64,000 nt of DNA from a virus (Duplodnaviria; Caudoviricetes). This document shows, in pieces, positions 59,990-64,000 of this stretch. The DNA lies in the IMG/VR virus record IMGVR_UViG_3300020044_010179, positions 1-64,000 of that record; one strand, 5' to 3'. Each line of letters starts with the position of its first letter. The stretch's first letter is position 1. A program made the position numbers and the translations under genes. A model generated the notes under the pieces. That model did no database searches and had not been told where the DNA came from. It saw nothing but the letters and a program-made list of their open reading frames with translations.

Positions 59990-62027
59990 ATCACTTATAT
60001 TTCCACTTTTAGAATCTGAACAAAAAGGTGTTGCTTTAATCCCTGGTGGTTTTAAACCCCCAACTATAGGACATTTTGTATTAGTTAATGAAGTAGCACA
60101 AAATCCAAATTTTGATAAAGTAATTGTTTTAATAGGTCATAAAGTAAGAGATGGTGTAACTAAAGAAGAAAGTCTAGCAATATGGGATATCTATAAAAAA
60201 TATCTTCCCTCTAACGTTGAAATTAAAATTTCAGATAACTCTTCACCTATTGCAGATGTTAGCTCACTTATAAAAAACAATCCAGACACATACTTCTACC
60301 CAGTAGTGGGTATTAGAGGTGAAATGGATTTAGGTGATATAAAACGATTTGATAGTTTAGAAGGTAAATATCCTAACTTTAAAACAATAGTAATTAAAAC
60401 AGAAGAAGGTGAAGATCGAGTTAGTGGAACAAACACTAGAGCTGCTTTAATTAGTGGGGAAAAAGATAAATTTCAATCATATCTTCCAACTGAACTATCA
60501 CAGGAAGAAAAAGATGGAGTTTGGTCTATTTTAACTAAAACACCACTTAATGAAATAAAGTATGCTGAACCTAGCAAATTTGATTATCCAAAACAATTAA
60601 AATCACTTACCGAATTTATGTTAGATAAGGGAATGAATATTCGTCCTTTACCTAAAGTAAAATTTATAGAAGATGATGTTGAAAACGCTAGGAATTTTTT
60701 CGGTAAAACGGCGTATTACGACCCAAATCAACGCGTTATAGTACTTTATACAATGGATCGTCATCCAAAAGACATCATGCGTTCATTTGCGCACGAAATG
60801 ATTCACCACATGCAAAACTGTGAAAATCGTTTAGGTAATATTGCAACTCAAGATACAAATGAGGATGGAGATTTACCTAAAATTGAAAGAGAAGCATACG
60901 AAAAAGGTAATATGACTTTCCGAAATTGGACAGATACAATAACTGAATGGATTGTTGATACTTCAAAATATAATTATACTCCAAAGCTTTCAAATAAAAT
61001 ATTTTCTCAATTACATGAATTAAAAGTAAATGAAATATCTCTCAACCCAAATAATGCTGTTGAAATATATGGTGATTTATTTAGTGGGGAATTTAAAGTA
61101 GGAAATATTGAATATATTTACTCAATTAAAAATATTCCTAGCCCTTATAAAGATGAAGAGTTATTTTATAATATACAATTTGATGAAAAAAATAATAATG
61201 AATCTTCAAATGAACCTACAAGAAATGCTAGAGAAAATTATATAAAAATATTATCAACAATGTATAAAATTTTATTAGATTTTGTTGAACAAGAAAAACC
61301 AGAATATATAGGAATATCAAGTTTAGATAAAAGTGGATATGGAAATATCTACAATAATTTAACTAAAACCAATACACTCCCCGGATACTCAAGAAAAGAT
61401 GCAGGTTTAGATTTTGTATCTAAATCAGGAGAAAAAGGTAAATTTATAGTATTAAAAAAATCTATTATTGATATAACTGAATCTATTGTAGGAGATAGGA
61501 TTGAATGTGATAATTGTGATTGGAGTTGGCCAATAAAAGATGGTGGAAATGATTTATATGTTTGTCATAAATGTGGACATGATAATACACCTAAACAACT
61601 AAACGAGGAAGAAGAAGATGATGATGGTACTTTATTATATAAAAGCATATTTAAACCAGATATAAACATATTAGTTGCTTTTAAAAATTACGAAAATTAT
61701 AAAATTTTAAAACCTTTATTTAATAAATATGGATATGGTTTTTACTCCCCAGAAGATAAAATAATAATTCTTAATGGTGAACGTTTTATAAATTCTAATT
61801 TAGATTTTAAGGATTTAAAATTTGTTGAAGCACACGAAATAACACATTTACTTTTAGGACATACAGGACCATATTCTGAAGAAGATGAAATGGATGCTGA
61901 TTTAGGAGCATATATTTTATTAAAAAATAAAAAGTTATCAACAGATAGACTTGTAAACGAATTTGAAAATAGACATGGTGTCCCATTTACTGAAGAATTA
62001 CTTGAACGAGTAAAAAATAGGTTGTAA
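59973..62027 (+). CDS. Multidomain protein: cytidylyltransferase-like, zincin HExxH, unknown domain, Zn ribbon, second HExxH
   Basis: PGGFKPPTIGH and VSGT (NTase); AHEMIHH; CDNC..CHKC; AHEITH. Confidence 0.75.
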   Translation: MNSLVKSLIFPLLESEQKGVALIPGGFKPPTIGHFVLVNEVAQNPNFDKVIVLIGHKVRDGVTKEESLAIWDIYKKYLPSNVEIKISDNSSPIADVSSLIKNNPDTYFYPVVGIRGEMDLGDIKRFDSLEGKYPNFKTIVIKTEEGEDRVSGTNTRAALISGEKDKFQSYLPTELSQEEKDGVWSILTKTPLNEIKYAEPSKFDYPKQLKSLTEFMLDKGMNIRPLPKVKFIEDDVENARNFFGKTAYYDPNQRVIVLYTMDRHPKDIMRSFAHEMIHHMQNCENRLGNIATQDTNEDGDLPKIEREAYEKGNMTFRNWTDTITEWIVDTSKYNYTPKLSNKIFSQLHELKVNEISLNPNNAVEIYGDLFSGEFKVGNIEYIYSIKNIPSPYKDEELFYNIQFDEKNNNESSNEPTRNARENYIKILSTMYKILLDFVEQEKPEYIGISSLDKSGYGNIYNNLTKTNTLPGYSRKDAGLDFVSKSGEKGKFIVLKKSIIDITESIVGDRIECDNCDWSWPIKDGGNDLYVCHKCGHDNTPKQLNEEEEDDDGTLLYKSIFKPDINILVAFKNYENYKILKPLFNKYGYGFYSPEDKIIILNGERFINSNLDFKDLKFVEAHEITHLLLGHTGPYSEEDEMDADLGAYILLKNKKLSTDRLVNEFENRHGVPFTEELLERVKNRL

Positions 62028-62045
62028 ATTTATTAAAATTAATAC

Positions 62046-62609
62046 ATGAAAAAAATACCAACTTTACTTGACTTATACGAGGCAATCAAACCATACACTA
62101 TATATTGTGATATGGATGGTGTGCTTTGCGATTTTGATCAAGGATATGAAAAGCTAACAGGAGAATCTACGGATGAAGCTAACGCTAAAGGTAAATCTTA
62201 TTTTTGGAAACTTTTTAGAGAAAGCGTTGGAAAAAATGAAAAAGATTTTTGGTCTAATTTACCATGGCAACCCGGAGGAGAAGAACTTTGGAATTACATT
62301 AAATCTTCTTCCCCAAATATCCTATCAGCTCCCGCAGTAGATTTTAATTTACCTCAAGACCAACAATTAAATCCAGAATTTAATCAAGCTATTCAAGGTA
62401 AAAAAGAATGGATTTCTAAACATCTTAATGGTGTAAATAAAGAAATATTTGTTCCTGCTCCTCAAAAATCAACATTTGCAACATCAAAGCATATACTTAT
62501 AGACGATATGCAAAAAAATATAGATGCTTGGAAGGCAGCTGGGGGTAAAGCAATTTTACATACTTCTGCTCCAAAAACAATAGAAGCTCTTAAAAAATAC
62601 GATTTATAA
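62046..62609 (+). CDS. HAD 5'(3')-nucleotidase-like protein
   Basis: YCDMDGVLCDF, ILSAP, GKKEW and LIDD. Confidence 0.8.
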   Translation: MKKIPTLLDLYEAIKPYTIYCDMDGVLCDFDQGYEKLTGESTDEANAKGKSYFWKLFRESVGKNEKDFWSNLPWQPGGEELWNYIKSSSPNILSAPAVDFNLPQDQQLNPEFNQAIQGKKEWISKHLNGVNKEIFVPAPQKSTFATSKHILIDDMQKNIDAWKAAGGKAILHTSAPKTIEALKKYDL

Positions 62610-63182
62610 ATGTCAGATTCAGTTTTAAAAAAAGAATTCCAAAAAAGAGACGTTGAACGTTTACGTAACCTTGTTAAAGGTAAATATGGAGACAGAACAA
62701 CTGTTGGAATAGGTTATAGTAAAACTCCTGAAGAAGAACATAAAGAAGGTGACATTTGGAAATCAGATGGTAAAGAATGGACTATCAAAGATGGTTTAAA
62801 AGAAAATATTACTAAATTGGATAAATTTAAAAATTTATCTATTCCTATATTTTGTCCAAAATGTAAACAAAACATGGACAAGCAATTAGACATACACTAT
62901 TTTAAATCTTATGGTGAATGTTTAGATTGTAGAGCTACAACAGAAACCCAACTAAAAATATCTGGAAAGTGGGAAAATTATGTAAATCAAACATTTAATA
63001 AAGAAATTGATCTTCATGTAGAAGATTATAAAAGTTTCATAGATAATAAGTTGTCAGAAAGTAATAATAGCTTTGTAACAGAAGCTGGTGATGTACAAAA
63101 ATGGGTCGGTGGGATTGATAAAGATCGTGCATTAAAGGCTATGGAAGAATCTATTAATTATTTAAATTCACTTAAAAAATGA
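62610..63182 (+). CDS. Hypothetical protein with Zn finger
   Basis: CPKC...CLDC and HKEGDIW. Confidence 0.6.
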   Translation: MSDSVLKKEFQKRDVERLRNLVKGKYGDRTTVGIGYSKTPEEEHKEGDIWKSDGKEWTIKDGLKENITKLDKFKNLSIPIFCPKCKQNMDKQLDIHYFKSYGECLDCRATTETQLKISGKWENYVNQTFNKEIDLHVEDYKSFIDNKLSESNNSFVTEAGDVQKWVGGIDKDRALKAMEESINYLNSLKK

Positions 63183-63799
63183 CAACAACTGTATTTACAA
63201 CAATTTTAGTAGCATTAATAACTGCTGTATTAGGTCCTATTATAGTAGCTTGGTTTAAACTAAAAATGGAAAAAAAATCCCAAAATACTTTAATGTTTGA
63301 TGCTCTTGAAACTTCAACTTTAGTAGATAATCAACTTGAAATCGTATTAGAGGAACTAGAATGTGATAGAGTATGGATTGCTCAATTCCATAACGGAGGC
63401 CATTTTTACCCTACAGGTAAATCTATCCAAAAATTTTCTATATTTTACGAAAAATGTACCCCTGAAACTCCAAACATACAAGGCACATTTCAAAATATTC
63501 CTGTATCTTTATTTCCTAGAGTACTTTCTAAAGTATATAAAGACAATGAATTGTATGTTTCTGATATAAACAATGCTGAAGATAGTTATGGGTTAGAATT
63601 TTTTACTAACCAATGTGGTACTAAAGCATCTTGCATAGTGGGCTTACACAGTTTAGATGACCATTTAATAGGAATAATGGGGATATCATTTAAAGAACCA
63701 CATCAGTTAGAAAAAGAAAAATGGATATTCCTTAGACAAAAAGTAGGAGTTATAGGAACATTACTTTCTGAATATTTATACGCGACAACTAAAAAATAA
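63179..63799 (+). CDS. N-terminal TM plus GAF-like domain; holin-T-like candidate
   Basis: Hydrophobic residues 5-26; LECDRVWIAQFHNG and LIGIMGI GAF-like strands. Confidence 0.5.
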   Translation: MTTTVFTTILVALITAVLGPIIVAWFKLKMEKKSQNTLMFDALETSTLVDNQLEIVLEELECDRVWIAQFHNGGHFYPTGKSIQKFSIFYEKCTPETPNIQGTFQNIPVSLFPRVLSKVYKDNELYVSDINNAEDSYGLEFFTNQCGTKASCIVGLHSLDDHLIGIMGISFKEPHQLEKEKWIFLRQKVGVIGTLLSEYLYATTKK

Positions 63800-63817
63800 T
63801 TTAATATTTATTATAAA

Positions 63818-64000
63818 ATGAAAGATACTTTTGACTTAACAAAATTTTTAAAAGAAAATAAATCTCTTGAAAATTTAAATCCAACCTTTAAATCTCTTAA
63901 TGAAAATAAGCATATAAAAGATAAAATCAAAGAAATGATTTTAGCTGAATTAGATCCTGCAGGTGATATAAATATTAACTCAACCCCAAAAGATGATCCC
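63818..64000 (+). CDS. Partial late protein running off the window
   Basis: ATG 63818 after ATATTTAT (63804); MKDTFDLTKFLKE. Confidence 0.5.
   Translation, partial: MKDTFDLTKFLKENKSLENLNPTFKSLNENKHIKDKIKEMILAELDPAGDININSTPKDDP

Noticed and set aside
1-64000. Alternative genetic code (stop-codon reassignment)
   Set aside because: Long genes are intact under code 11, TAA, TGA and TAG all end genes next to downstream starts, and tRNA-Trp has the normal CCA anticodon

Overview
A 64-kb, very AT-rich segment of a large T4-like (contractile-tailed) bacteriophage genome, with essentially all credible genes on the + strand. The host is probably Bacteroidota; this is an inference from the absence of Shine-Dalgarno motifs and the A-rich start contexts. 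Layout: (1) 1-14.9 kb sugar-nucleotide and glycosyltransferase island; (2) 15-22 kb small regulatory and nucleotide-metabolism genes (C4 Zn finger, degenerate HNH, SWIM, metallophosphoesterase, thyA) with a tRNA cluster of canonical Glu and Trp tRNAs, degenerate tRNA-like units and structured spacers; (3) 22-36.8 kb putative early-gene region in which about 29 copies of a TTCGTATATT promoter cassette each head one or a few small ORFs, including a RecA/RadA-like ATPase, two DUF932 paralogs and two candidate structured ncRNAs; (4) a GC-rich repeat element at about 36.8-37.0 kb (candidate origin or terminus); (5) 37-57 kb HD hydrolase, sigma-factor-like gene and baseplate/tail genes preceded by an ATATTTAT motif; (6) 57-64 kb primase, PD-(D/E)XK nuclease, kinase, a multidomain putative polyprotein, HAD nucleotidase and a holin-T-like protein. 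The best leads are the candidate ncRNA at 33.94-34.18 kb, the tRNA-punctuated structured-RNA array, the promoter-cassette array, and the (I/L)-X-E-punctuated polyprotein. All family calls come from motif recognition by eye; no database searches were run.
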